From Ascoidea asiatica JCM 7603 (lineage: Eukaryota > Fungi > Ascomycota): a stretch of 64,000 nt of DNA. Positions within the stretch are counted from its first letter, which is position 1. Each line of letters opens with the position of its first letter. Below the pieces are notes generated by a model. The model was given only the letters and a program-made list of their open reading frames with translations, was not told the DNA's origin and ran no database searches. This document shows positions 36,099-47,624 of the stretch, piece by piece. The DNA is taken from the NCBI GenBank assembly GCA_001600695.1, contig BCKQ01000001.1, positions 1,800,005 to 1,864,004 of the forward strand. The letters are read 5' to 3'. The translations under genes were made by a program, and so were the position numbers.

Positions 36099-37877
36099 AT
36101 GTTAACAATAATGCACAAACGTTCTGAATCGATTCTGCAAAGTTCACCAAAATCATCATTAAATTTTTCTAGGTGGAATATCGAAATGGACGCTGCCTTA
36201 GTAAAATTTGCAATTCAACAAGTTGATGATACTTATATTAAAACTGGAGATTTTTCTAGAAAAGCATGGGCCAAAATTATTAAACAATTATCAATTCTAT
36301 TTCCAGATAAAATTCAAAAATTTGACAAAAGTAAATTATTAGCTCACTTTAGAGATGTTCTTGTTAAAGATCATCAAGTTTGGAGAGATATAAAACTGCA
36401 TGGTGTTGGTATTGTGTGGTCAGAAACTCAAAATTGTTTTGTAATTGATAATAATTCTGATACTCTAGAAAACTTTTTTGCCAATCAAGGTGCAAATAAA
36501 GAATTGTTTGAAAGAAATAAAAAGAAGTTGAGTATCATGAAATTTATGTTCATGACAAACTGTTGTTTTTATCTTTCCTGGTTTGATAAATATCTTTATC
36601 GTCATGATGAAAACATTGAATTAAAAAAAATAGACTACAAAAATCTAAGTTTGGATTTACCAGATATGTCATCTGCAAGTTTCCCTTCCAGAGCATTTGC
36701 AAAAACTCATCAATTAAAAAGTTTTTTTCAACAGCAGCAACAAGCTCAACAACAACAAGAGCAACAAGCTCAGGAACAACAACAGCAAAGACAACAGCAA
36801 CAACAACAACAACAGCAATTAACCACCTCAGATATATTATCAAATCAATTCGGATCGTTGCAATCAAGATTATCAAATAATCAGTTCAACCCACAGTTAG
36901 TTAATCAGATGAATAACTCATTAACTGGCCAGTTAAGTCCTCAAATAAGTAATCAACTCAATATAAATGCTCAATTCAATAATCAACTCGCCTCTCAATA
37001 TCAGCTCTCTAACCAAATGGTCGGTCAAATGAATCAACAATTAACACCAGGACTAAGCAATGAATTATCAAACCAATTTCAATACCAAACATTTCATAAT
37101 CCAATATTACATAATACAATAGAATCCTTACAATCATCAAATACACTACAATCATTGTCTTCTTCAAATCAATTAGGACAACCTCAAAATCATTCATCAA
37201 ATGATCCTAGTTCTTCATCAGCCTTAGCTTCAAGTCCACATGGTTCGATGTCAATGCAAATGATGTCTGCAGCCCCTCAATATGCCACATCTTCATTAGC
37301 AACACCAAGTGGTATTTCAAATAACGCACTAAATTTAGCTGGATCTGCTTTAAATACAAGAACTTCTCAAGGAAGTCTACAAAGCAGTTTACATGAAAGC
37401 TTAGGTTCAAGTAAAAGTCGTTCCAACTCGCATGTATCTGTTTCCAGCGGTAGAATAACAAAACCTGAGTCCTCACCTAGAAGTCTCACAACAATAACAT
37501 CCAGGTCTGCATTATCTACTTTAGAATTATTGACGTCAAAATCATCTATGCTTACACAAAGCCAGAAAACTTTAAAAGAATCAATGGAGAGAAAAATAGT
37601 AGACCATGTAATAAATTTAAAGCAAGACCAATTTAAAAAAATCTCTTCGGTGATATATCAACTACATAACTCAAATTTAATTTCAATGGATTACCAAATA
37701 TTATTTTCAAGAAATTATACCAGACAGAGGGAATTTCATCTTGTGAATAGAATATTAATAAATGATCAACTATCGTATGAAGAAAGAGCAAACTATTTCA
37801 ATCAATTCATGGAAAGGTATATTGCAACCAATCATGATAGTAGTGATCATGCTAGTAGAGATTCTGACAGCGAGTGA
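36099..37877 (+). CDS. Myb/SANT-like DNA-binding domain protein (PIF/Harbinger ORF1 type) with poly-Q and S-rich regions
   Basis: RWNIEMDAALV...TGDFSRKAWAKIIKQL..LFP...FDKSKL...LVKDHQVWRDI...GIVWSE matches the W..MD..L / G.F...AW..I / L.K....W / G..W pattern of Myb_DNA-bind_3. Confidence 0.72.
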   Translation: MLTIMHKRSESILQSSPKSSLNFSRWNIEMDAALVKFAIQQVDDTYIKTGDFSRKAWAKIIKQLSILFPDKIQKFDKSKLLAHFRDVLVKDHQVWRDIKLHGVGIVWSETQNCFVIDNNSDTLENFFANQGANKELFERNKKKLSIMKFMFMTNCCFYLSWFDKYLYRHDENIELKKIDYKNLSLDLPDMSSASFPSRAFAKTHQLKSFFQQQQQAQQQQEQQAQEQQQQRQQQQQQQQQLTTSDILSNQFGSLQSRLSNNQFNPQLVNQMNNSLTGQLSPQISNQLNINAQFNNQLASQYQLSNQMVGQMNQQLTPGLSNELSNQFQYQTFHNPILHNTIESLQSSNTLQSLSSSNQLGQPQNHSSNDPSSSSALASSPHGSMSMQMMSAAPQYATSSLATPSGISNNALNLAGSALNTRTSQGSLQSSLHESLGSSKSRSNSHVSVSSGRITKPESSPRSLTTITSRSALSTLELLTSKSSMLTQSQKTLKESMERKIVDHVINLKQDQFKKISSVIYQLHNSNLISMDYQILFSRNYTRQREFHLVNRILINDQLSYEERANYFNQFMERYIATNHDSSDHASRDSDSE

Positions 37878-40587
37878 AATACAAAAATACAAAAAATTTC
37901 AATTTTAAATGAGCTTTATATTATGTCTTCAATTTCCTTTAATTTTTACCAACTATTTTTATTCTAATTAACTGTTTTTTATCTGACTTATTTTTGATCA
38001 GCTTTTTATACTGTCTTCCAAAAAAGTTAGATCTGTATTATAAAAAAGTCACAGAAACATTCCAAGAGTTTTTCATGATTAATTTATTTAAATACAATTT
38101 CTCTTGTTTTCGATCTTTTTACAATCGAGGTAATTCGATAATCTTCTTTATTCAGAATGCTCAATTTCCATATTTTGCTTAAAAATTGTTTGTTTTATTT
38201 TTATTATATAGCTTACATTTGTTTTTTTAGAATTTTGTTTGCTTTTTAATATCAATTTACACAATTTATCTAAATTTTTATTCTGCTTTTGTTTCTTTCA
38301 ATCCATCATTTTTTTCTCCTAAGTTTTTGCTATAATTTCTTTATTACTTCTCTATATGTTTTTTATATAAGAAACTAAAATTCGTTCTTTACTACATTTA
38401 ATTGTCATAGCTACTGAATATTTTGCCAATTAATGCTTCAAGTTAATTTAATGACAATCTATACTCAACCTTTAGCTGCTATAAATATTTTTCTTTAATC
38501 CTTTCATCATTCAATTGTTCAATACTAATAAATTTAATTCCAAAAATCTGAAATTTAGCTATAGATTCCAGACCTTTAATCTTTCATTATCTTTCGTTTT
38601 CTTTCATTACCATTTTTTCTAATTATTCCCTTTAATAAATCATAAAATATTATATAATTCAAACTTCAATTTCCTTGTAAATTATAAGTTTATCAGTAGC
38701 GTTCATTCGTATTTCACCTTTTTATTTTTAGGCCTGGATCTTTATTGGCAATCTGGGAATGTTTTAGGCAATAAGAACTTAGATGTCTTAGCGATGCTGG
38801 AATTTTGCTTTAATCTGTCTCTTATTACTATTTTCCCTTTCTCTAATTTTTTTTTTGCTTTTTTCTTCTTAACAATCAATAGCTTTTTTGCAATTTCATA
38901 ATATACTTATTCCTTCAATCAGGTTCTCTTAAACAATAATTCTTTGTTGTGAGTTGTAACAAAATACCTAATTTTTCTTTTTTCAAAAATATAAAGATAA
39001 CGAAAACTTCTGAAAATAGAGCACAAAACATGAACTGCAACTTAAATGACTTTAAAGTATTAAAAATCTTTATCTAACAATAACGTTCATTTACTTTGTG
39101 TAAACACACTATAATTATTATCTTTCAAGACATTTTGTCTTTCATTTTTTTCTTGTTCTAAAAAAAGATTTATTCTTTCATAGATTCACTAAAACGACTA
39201 GTGTTCATTCTTTTACTTTAGTCATTCATCTTCCTTTTTTTGAATTTTAGGTTAAACTATTATTCTTTCTTTTCATTTTATCATTTTATTCATCTTACAC
39301 CGAGAATCTAATCAAATGATGTAAAAGTGTAGGAAGGTGAGTATTTATTTGATTCTCTTACACTCATTCTTTAACTGATAAAATTGTTTCAAAGTAATTA
39401 TAAATAGTAACTCCATTTAAAATTTGTAACTTATTGGATTAAATTCTAAAATATCGGATGAATTTATTAACATTCCAAACCATCTAAAGAAATGAAAGTT
39501 CTCCTAGAATATAGAATGTAACCCCTGTTATTATCATGTAATTGAATTGAGTTTTTGATCTAAAGACTTTCCAAATGATTATCAATCAAACCAGTAGTAG
39601 AAGGCCATGAATAAAATCTTCTGATTTGGTGAATTAGGTTTATAATTAAAAGTACATGACTGTAATTTATGTAAAAGGTCTTAATAATAGTCTAAAAAAA
39701 ACCTAAAGATCCTAAAGAAATGATTCCATATCTTCTTATTATACAGCAGCTTAAAATAGCTTAAAAGCTTTTGGATATTGGAAGAAATTAAAGAAAAATA
39801 TAAGTTTCATAAAAGAATTGAAGTTCTTTAACTTAGATAAACATTGAAATCAGTTGAGATAAATTTAGGTGGACCTTTTATGTCTGACATTTTCATTCCT
39901 TTTACCTTGATAATGCAAAAATAAAACGGTAATTTGTTTCACTCAAATATTGGTTTGATCTCATCGCTATTTACAAAAAAAAATAAAAAAAACAAAAAAC
40001 AAGAAGCAGGAACATCTGAAAAGATTAGAAAGAATTAAAGTTCATTTACGAAAGAAGATTAACTAAACATATGACTTAAAACCTAAATGTTAGGCCTTTG
40101 ATGGTTCCTGAATGAATTTTTATATTAAACAAACAATTACAGCATTGTATCTTCCGCTTCAAATTCATAAGTTCTAGTTATTATCAAAACTTATGAATTA
40201 TTATTTCAAATTCACTCTGAATTCCTTTCTGAGGAAAATGGTCAGGAATATTTGGTCAGAAAGTTTAATTTACAACTTTCTGGTAAAATTATTTTCAAAC
40301 TTGTCTTAAATTACTGCAATGTTATACACGTAGAACATGGGTTCCTGAATGAAATAATTTCAAGTTGACATTTGTAAGTTTTCGAAAGTTTTTGAATATA
40401 ATTAAAAGTTAACAAAGTGTTTAGTGGTACTGCTTACATAATTAAAGAAACAGATAATACTACGATATAAAATAATTTATAAGAAAATAAAATATGAAAT
40501 AGTATTATTTGAGTCTGTTGCAGATAGTAGCGATGATAAGTAAAAAGAATCAAAACTAAAACCAAGAAAAATAAAAGTACACACGTA

Positions 40588-40669
40588 TTTATATATAAAC
40601 AAATAACGTTTTGGTTATGTTAGAATAAAACGCTAAAAAAAAAACAAAAATGAAAATCAGTTAGGGCTA
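40588..40669 (-). promoter_or_regulatory. Orphan promoter: Tbf1 site TAGCCCTAA, poly(dT), TATATAAA on the minus strand
   Basis: On the plus strand: TTAGGGCTA at 40661-40669, A-tract at 40635-40650, TTTATATATAAA at 40588-40599. No ORF lies downstream. Confidence 0.45.
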
Positions 40670-41237
40670 TAATGAAAGAGTTGATATATATAGTGAAAGC
40701 TGAAAGTGAAACAAATAATTGAAACAGATAATAAAAATTGAAACAAATTTTAAATCAAGTGACCCAAAGCATATCTTTGGTAAAGCTTTTAGGTATAAAA
40801 AATTTAAATTAATAAATAATAAAAACTGGTGTTAGAAATAGTGCTTGTAGTATTTCTGTCAACAGTACCTTACTTTTACCAACTTTTAATGTATTTTTAA
40901 ATTCACCAATTGTTCAGATTCTCCTGATGCAAATTGTTTAACTTTTTTTGATATTTTTGATAAAGGTGTACCTGCTTTCAATGACCTAAATTTTGGTGTT
41001 ATCAAGTTTTTTTATAGAATTTTAAAAAGAATCCCCAAACGAGTTGAAATTTTTACTACAAAAGTAAAGTACTTCATAATCAAAAAATCTACTTCTTAAA
41101 TTCTAAGAGTTGAGAATCTAGATCCCAGATTACCTTTGTATTCAATTTTTACTCAAAAGTCTAAATAATAATTGAAACCTATAGAAAATCTCAAAATCTA
41201 GAGTTTATATCGTTTATTAAAATGACTATCATTAATT

Positions 41238-44200
41238 TTAGGCATTTTGAACCTTGGCATAGTTTGGGGGCCTGAGTTTTCTATTTAATGCTTTTGTACC
41301 CCATATTGGTAGTATTGAAACAGTTAATATAACCACACTTTGCCATAGAAAAGAAAATGAAGAAACATATTCTAAGTCAAAATATTCGCTCAAAAAAGGA
41401 ACAGAAACTATATATATAAGAGCTGTAACTACTTCGGAACTTATCATTGGTTTCGTCCAAGTGTTAATTTCGATTGCAACCATTATTAATTCATTGAAAA
41501 TTAATGTGGTAAAACTTATAGCAACCATAGTTAAAAATTCTTCAGGATCAATTGATGTAAAATTTTGAGAAAAAAGTTGAATAACACATCCTTGATAAAG
41601 AGAAACCAAAAACCATTTGAGAAATGATGTATAAGATAATGACTTACTTATGGTTAATTCTTTATACAATTCAGGATATAATTTTGCTAAGCTCTCATTC
41701 ACATCACAATCTAAAACCAATGAAAAAACAGGTGCCATTGTATACAATGTAGCATAACCAACCATTAGCCAACCTTGATATAATGCCAATGGCTCAAAGG
41801 ATGAAGATATTGAATAAACTGCTTGACAAACTGATATTATTAAACCTCTATGCATTACAAATTGTGCTAATTTTGCTGATCTTTTATAAGAGTTTCTTCC
41901 ATGCCATAATAATAATTTAGTTAAATGACAGAATTGGGTTATTGAAAAATCAGCTGCAAGAGATGCTTGCTTACCTTCTTTTCCAACAATTCCTACACCA
42001 ATATCCGCAGATTGAATCATAGAGACATCATTTCCACCATCACCGATACAACATACCCGCTTTTTTGTGATTTCTCTGATCATCAATGCAACATTTGCTT
42101 TTTGTTGAGGAGTACATCTACAAGCAATAACTGCTGGCAAATTAACAACAATATCAAAAAATTCTTTCTTATAATATTTCATAAATATTCCTAAAGATTC
42201 ACCATCAATTAATAAACAAGCATCTCTATTTGTTCTTAAATATTCAATAGTCCCTAATATATTTGGTTGATTCTCATTCAATTTTGTTATTGTATGAACA
42301 TATTGACCTCTTGAAATTAATTTAGCACTTACAGAAACACATCTTGCGGTTTCAACTTTATCACCAGTTAACATCCAAATTTTAATACCAGCATTTCTCA
42401 ATAATTCAATTGAAGATTTAACATCTAATTGTAATTTATCTTCAACTCCCGTTAATCCAAGTAAATCAAGATCATGTTCAAGATATTTATTTATAACACT
42501 AGCCATTAGTGCATCTCTATTATACATTGATAATGAAGATTCATGATATTTTTCTTTAAAAGTTTTATACAAATTCTCACTTAATTTTTTTCTAGCAATA
42601 ACTAAAGTTCTTAAACCTTCTCTTGCCATATTTCCTACTTCTTCATCTAACCAATCACTATGTTGAACAATTTTTGCCATTACAGTATCAGCTCCTTTTT
42701 CTAAAAACAAATATTCATCTTTCTGTTTATCTTTTATAATAATTCCCATTCTTTTTGTATCTGAATTAAAAGGAAAAACTTGTAAAATATCATAATATAA
42801 TGGAGTTGAAGTTTGATTATGAATTAAAGTTATAGAAGTTCTATCTCTTTTATATAAAGATAAACCTACAGATTCAGTAAATTTAACAATGGCAATTTCA
42901 TCTGGAGATGCAGCTTGATAAGATAATTCATTATCTTCAATAGTTGGAGTAACATTATGACAAATAGCTAAAGTTGTAACTAAATCACGTACTCTTTGAG
43001 ATAAATCTCTTCTTGATTTTGAAATTTCCATTGAATGATTTGTATAATCAAGATTAGAAGAATTATTTTCAAATTTAAAATTTGTTATATAATCAGTAAC
43101 AATATCCATTGAATCACCAGCATAAGAAACAGTACCAAGATGTAATTTTTTTAATTCCATATCATTTTGTGTTAAAGTTCCAGTTTTATCAGATAATAAA
43201 TATTCAATTCTACCTAAATCTTCAGGGATTGTACTTGTTCTAACAATTGTTTCTGGAATTGTTTTATCATTTTGAATTTGATAAGCATAAACCGATTTTC
43301 CAAGATCTAAATTAACTCTTAAAGAAACAGGAATAATTGTTGAGAATAAAATTAAATATTTCATTATATCAATATACCAATTTTCTTTATTTTTTTCAAA
43401 ACATACTAAAATTATTGATAATATAAATACAGAAAGACATAAAATTTTAGATAATGAATTAATTTCTAATTCTAATAAAGAAGTTTTAATTTTTGATTTT
43501 GTTGTATTCATTGATTGTCTTGTATCTATACCAGTATAAATAATTATTGCAATTACAGTTCCAGAAGCTAAAACAGTATTAGCCCATAAAGTATTATCAA
43601 CAGTTAATGGAATTGAAGTTGATTCATAAGTTAAATTACCTTGAAAAGAATGAATTGATTTATTTGGAGGTTGAATAGTTAAATGAATATTAAATAAATC
43701 ATTAAAATTTAAATTTTGAGTTAAATTAGAAGCAACTCTTAATTTCCAATCAGTTTCACCATCTAATTGATCAGTTTTTATAAAAGATTCACCATTTATT
43801 TCAGAAGAATTTAAAAGTATACAATCTGCAGGAATTCTACTACCTTTATTAATTTTTATTAAATCTCCAACTTTTAAATTTTTACTTTGAGTTGAAATTG
43901 TATTTTTAATAATAGAAGAAGAAGTAGTAGAAAGTAAATTATTATTATCAATTATAGAATTATTAATTGTATTAATATTTGAATCAGATAAAGGATTATT
44001 AATTAATTGAGAAAATAATTCATTATTTGATTCATTATCTCTTTTTCTTCTTTTAATATCATCTATAGCTTCTTTTAACATTGTTACAGATAATACAAAA
44101 GCTAAAGGTACAATATAAGAAGATAAATAACCAATTCTTAATGGAGGTATAGCTTGAGATAAAGCAACAATTAAGAAATATAAATTAAAAAAAAATTTAA

Positions 44201-44327
44201 ATTGTTCATATAATATCACAGGTATGAAAGTAAATGGATTATATTTTGCATTTGAGATAAAATTTGAATTAAAATTTGAATTATTTATACCTGGATATAT
44301 ATTTCTATCTTTTTGAATAATTTGAGA

Positions 44328-44372
<45 letters not shown>

Positions 44373-45275
44373 GTTGCTATTATTATTAGTATTAGGATTA
44401 ATATTTGAAGATAATGGTAATAAAATTGAATTTTTTCTTTTATTATTTAATATTAAATTTTTAAGATAAATTATGACAGATTGAATAATATTACGATTAT
44501 TATTATTTATGATGATATTATTAATATTATTTTGATTATCAATAATATAATTAGAGTTATTATTGATGGAACTATTAATAATATTTCTACTATTTCTTTT
44601 ATTATTTCTAATACTATTTCTTTTACTATTTCTATAATTATTTCTTTTATTATTATTTGAAGAAATCATTGGAGTTGATGAATTTATATTTAAATCAGAT
44701 TGTATATCATCATAATCATTATCATCAATTATGAAGTCATCAATATCTATATCATTGTCATTATCATTATCATTATCATCATCATTATCATTATCAGTAT
44801 CATAATTATAATCATTTATATTTCTATTGGAATTGATGATATTATTATTATTGTTATTATTAAGATTAATATTAAGGTTATCTATTGAATGAGAATTGAA
44901 ATTAGAACTTGTCGATTTAGAATAATAATGTTTATTATAAATATTTGAATCATTAATTGAATTTGAAGACATATTATTTAAAGGTATTAAAACACTTTTA
45001 TTATTTATATAACTATTTCTTTTTTTTGAATAATTATTATTATTAATATTATTAATATTATTATTATTACTTAAATTAAAATCTGAAGAAGAATGAAAAT
45101 CTTGAAATGGATTAAAATCAGGTTGAATATCAGTTAATGATAAATTATTATCTAAAGTATGATTACTTGAATTATTTAAATTATTTAAATTATTTAAATT
45201 ATTTAAATTATTTATTGTTGAACTTTCACTTGAATCAGATAAAGATTGATAATCTTTTTTATTATTTTCTAACAT
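41238..45275 (-). CDS. NEO1: P4-ATPase aminophospholipid flippase Neo1
   Basis: ISNAKYNPFTFIP, KTDQLDGETDWKLR, IIPVSLRVNLD, DKTGTLTQN phosphorylation motif, WMLTGDKVETA, CIGDGGNDVSMIQ, RPPNYAKV C-terminus, with an N-rich N-terminal extension. Confidence 0.98.
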
Positions 45276-45909
45276 TTATATTTTGATTAAATTGAATAAA
45301 TTGATTAAATGATTAAATTGATTATAATTATTTCAATGAATATATTTTAATATTTAATTTTTAATAATCTATTTGAAACATATCTTCAATGAATATGAAT
45401 GGAAATGCAAAAATGAGAATAGGAATATTAAAGGAGTAATTGATAATTAATACAATATATTTGGGGAAAAAAAAAGAAAAGATTATTCTAATTATTATTT
45501 CAGATATTATGATTAGTTATGATTATTTATGATTATTTATGATTCTTACAGATATAATTTTAAATATCCAAGATTATCAGATATATTAAAGCAGGAATAT
45601 TGAGTATATTCTATTCATATTCTATTCATAGTAATTAGTTAATGCTATCTACGTATCAACCCTATTCTAAGCATCTGCAAAACCTGGGCCTCGGTCACGG
45701 GATACGCTCTCAAAGAAATAACTAGGCGGATATATACCAGGAATACAGCGGAAATACAGTAAAAACACAGTGGAAATACAGAGCAGCCTGGCGAGGCTTA
45801 GGCAGGCATCTCGGCGCTGCTTAAAGTTGCCCGATGAGTTGAAGCCCTAGGACATGTTTTGTAAAATATAGGGCAGTCATTATATAAATATAACAGCAAA
45901 AAAAAAAAC

Positions 45910-45980
45910 TGCGTAAGCCCGGAATTGAACCGGGGGCCCGACGATGGCAACGTCGAATTTTACCACTAAACCACTTACGC
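45910..45980 (-). tRNA. tRNA-Gly(GCC)
   Basis: The reverse complement GCGTAAGTGGTTTAGTGGTAAAATTCGACGTTGCCATCGTCGGGCCCCCGGTTCAATTCCGGGCTTACGCA folds as a cloverleaf and is followed by an oligo-T terminator. Confidence 0.97.
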
Positions 45981-46226
45981 TTTCTTGATACGTGTTAGGA
46001 AAAGCAATAGAGGGCTCGGTGGGGTATTGAGAATTGCCTATACAAATACAAAATACACAAATCTATAAATTGAAATGGTTCAATTTGACAAAGAGTAAGA
46101 ACTATTAATAGAAAGTATCATAGATTTAAAAAAAACAGATATATAATAATAGGATAATAATAAGATAAGATTAAAATAAAAATAGGAATAAAAATATAGT
46201 ACAGTACAGAAAGTTCAGGAGTTCAT

Positions 46227-47624
46227 TTAATATGAAATTGATACATAGTTGAAAAATAAAAATAAAATACAAGAGATTAGAATAATTAAAGGATATGAAA
46301 ATTGTTTAGGTGAAGTAATATAAGAAATAATTTGGCTTTCTTCAATAATTTTTTTATTATTTGTTTCAAGTTTTCTTTTTTTCTGTTTTTTTGAAATTTT
46401 AGTTTTAGTTTTAGTTTTAGTTTTAGTTTTAGTTTTAGTTTTAGTTTTAGTTTTTTTATTTATTATATTTGATTTGTTGTTGATTGAAATTTTAACCGAT
46501 TCTTTTGAAATGATATTATCAGTTAAATCTTTATTTGAATTATTATCTTGATCAAAATTTAATAATTTAGAAAAAGAATATAATTCAACTTTTGAATTGA
46601 TTTTATTAATGGTTTCATTTGGTATAATTTTATTTTTAGATTTTTCATTTTGAAATTTATTAAATCCATGTTTTTGAACTATTTGAAAATCATTATTAAT
46701 TATTGAATTATGAATAATTTTATTTTTATTATTTTTAAAATTATTAATATTTGAATTTAAATTAATATAATTATTATTTGAAAGATTTTTATTTATAAAC
46801 TTTACCCAATCTTTAATATTAGAAGAACTAGAAGAACTAGAAGAACTAGAAGAAGATGATGATGAAGATGATGAAGATGATGAAGATGATGAAGAAGATG
46901 TAATTGAATGTTCATTTTTGATTTCTTTTTTTACTTCTTTTTTTAAATTATCTTCTTCAATTAATTCTTCAATTTGTTCTTCGGTTGATTTTTCTATAAT
47001 ATTTTCAATTATTTCATTTTTTCTTTCAATTTCTGATTCTTTTAAATTTTTTAATGATTTATTTAATATATTTAATGGAATGAAAGTTTTTATATTATTT
47101 ATTTTAACTTTATAATTTGGAATATTTCTAGTAATATTATTAATATTATTATTATTATATTCTTGATTATTATTTTGATTACAATATTGATAATTGTATT
47201 GATCATTGTATTCATAATTGTATTGATTAAAATCATGATTCCAATATTGTTGATTATATTGTTGATTATATTGTTGATTGAATTGTTGATTGAATTGTTG
47301 ATTGTGAAGATAATTATTGAATTGGTTACTATATTGAAAGTCATTATATAATAATTGATTATTATAATTATAGTTATTTAGATAGTCATTTGAGTATGAA
47401 TTGATATAATTAACTGAATACCAAGATTGAGTATTATTATTATTAATTTTATTTTGATTTCTATTTACTTTAAGTTCAGAAAAATTATCAAAATATTCAT
47501 CAGAAGAAATAGTTGAAGAATGAATATCTTGATAATAAATTGAATTATTTGAATCTAAACTTGAAGAAGAACTTGAATAAGTTCTTTTATTATGATTATT
47601 ATTAATCCTAGTTGAGTTTATCAT
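46227..47624 (-). CDS. Hypothetical low-complexity protein with a single C-terminal TM helix (tail-anchored)
   Basis: 465-codon ORF with an AAAATG context and AT-ending codons. It has N/Q/Y repeats, poly-Ser, (KT)n and a terminal hydrophobic helix FSYPLIILISCILFLFFNYV. No family recognised. Confidence 0.65.
   Translation of the reverse strand: MINSTRINNNHNKRTYSSSSSSLDSNNSIYYQDIHSSTISSDEYFDNFSELKVNRNQNKINNNNTQSWYSVNYINSYSNDYLNNYNYNNQLLYNDFQYSNQFNNYLHNQQFNQQFNQQYNQQYNQQYWNHDFNQYNYEYNDQYNYQYCNQNNNQEYNNNNINNITRNIPNYKVKINNIKTFIPLNILNKSLKNLKESEIERKNEIIENIIEKSTEEQIEELIEEDNLKKEVKKEIKNEHSITSSSSSSSSSSSSSSSSSSSSSSSSSSNIKDWVKFINKNLSNNNYINLNSNINNFKNNKNKIIHNSIINNDFQIVQKHGFNKFQNEKSKNKIIPNETINKINSKVELYSFSKLLNFDQDNNSNKDLTDNIISKESVKISINNKSNIINKKTKTKTKTKTKTKTKTKTKISKKQKKRKLETNNKKIIEESQIISYITSPKQFSYPLIILISCILFLFFNYVSISY

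Noticed and set aside
40162-40199. 12-bp perfect inverted repeat AATTCATAAGTT/AACTTATGAATT
   Set aside because: It is AT-rich, and several such stems are expected by chance in 64 kb. It is relevant only if the ncRNA hypothesis holds.
40171-40368. About 65 open codons on the plus strand with a protein-like translation (IIKTYELLFQIHSEF...)
   Set aside because: No start codon, no consensus branch point upstream and no recognisable family.
40446-40465. Minus-strand GTAGTATTATCTGTTTC resembling the U2 snRNA branch-pairing region
   Set aside because: It has insertions relative to the invariant GTGTAGTATCTGTTC and lacks U2 stem I.
32118-41237. Intact Harbinger transposon around the Myb/SANT gene
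   Set aside because: I could not find DDE transposase motifs (DG.H, G..HD, D.GY) or terminal inverted repeats by eye. A tBLASTn is needed to exclude a decayed copy.
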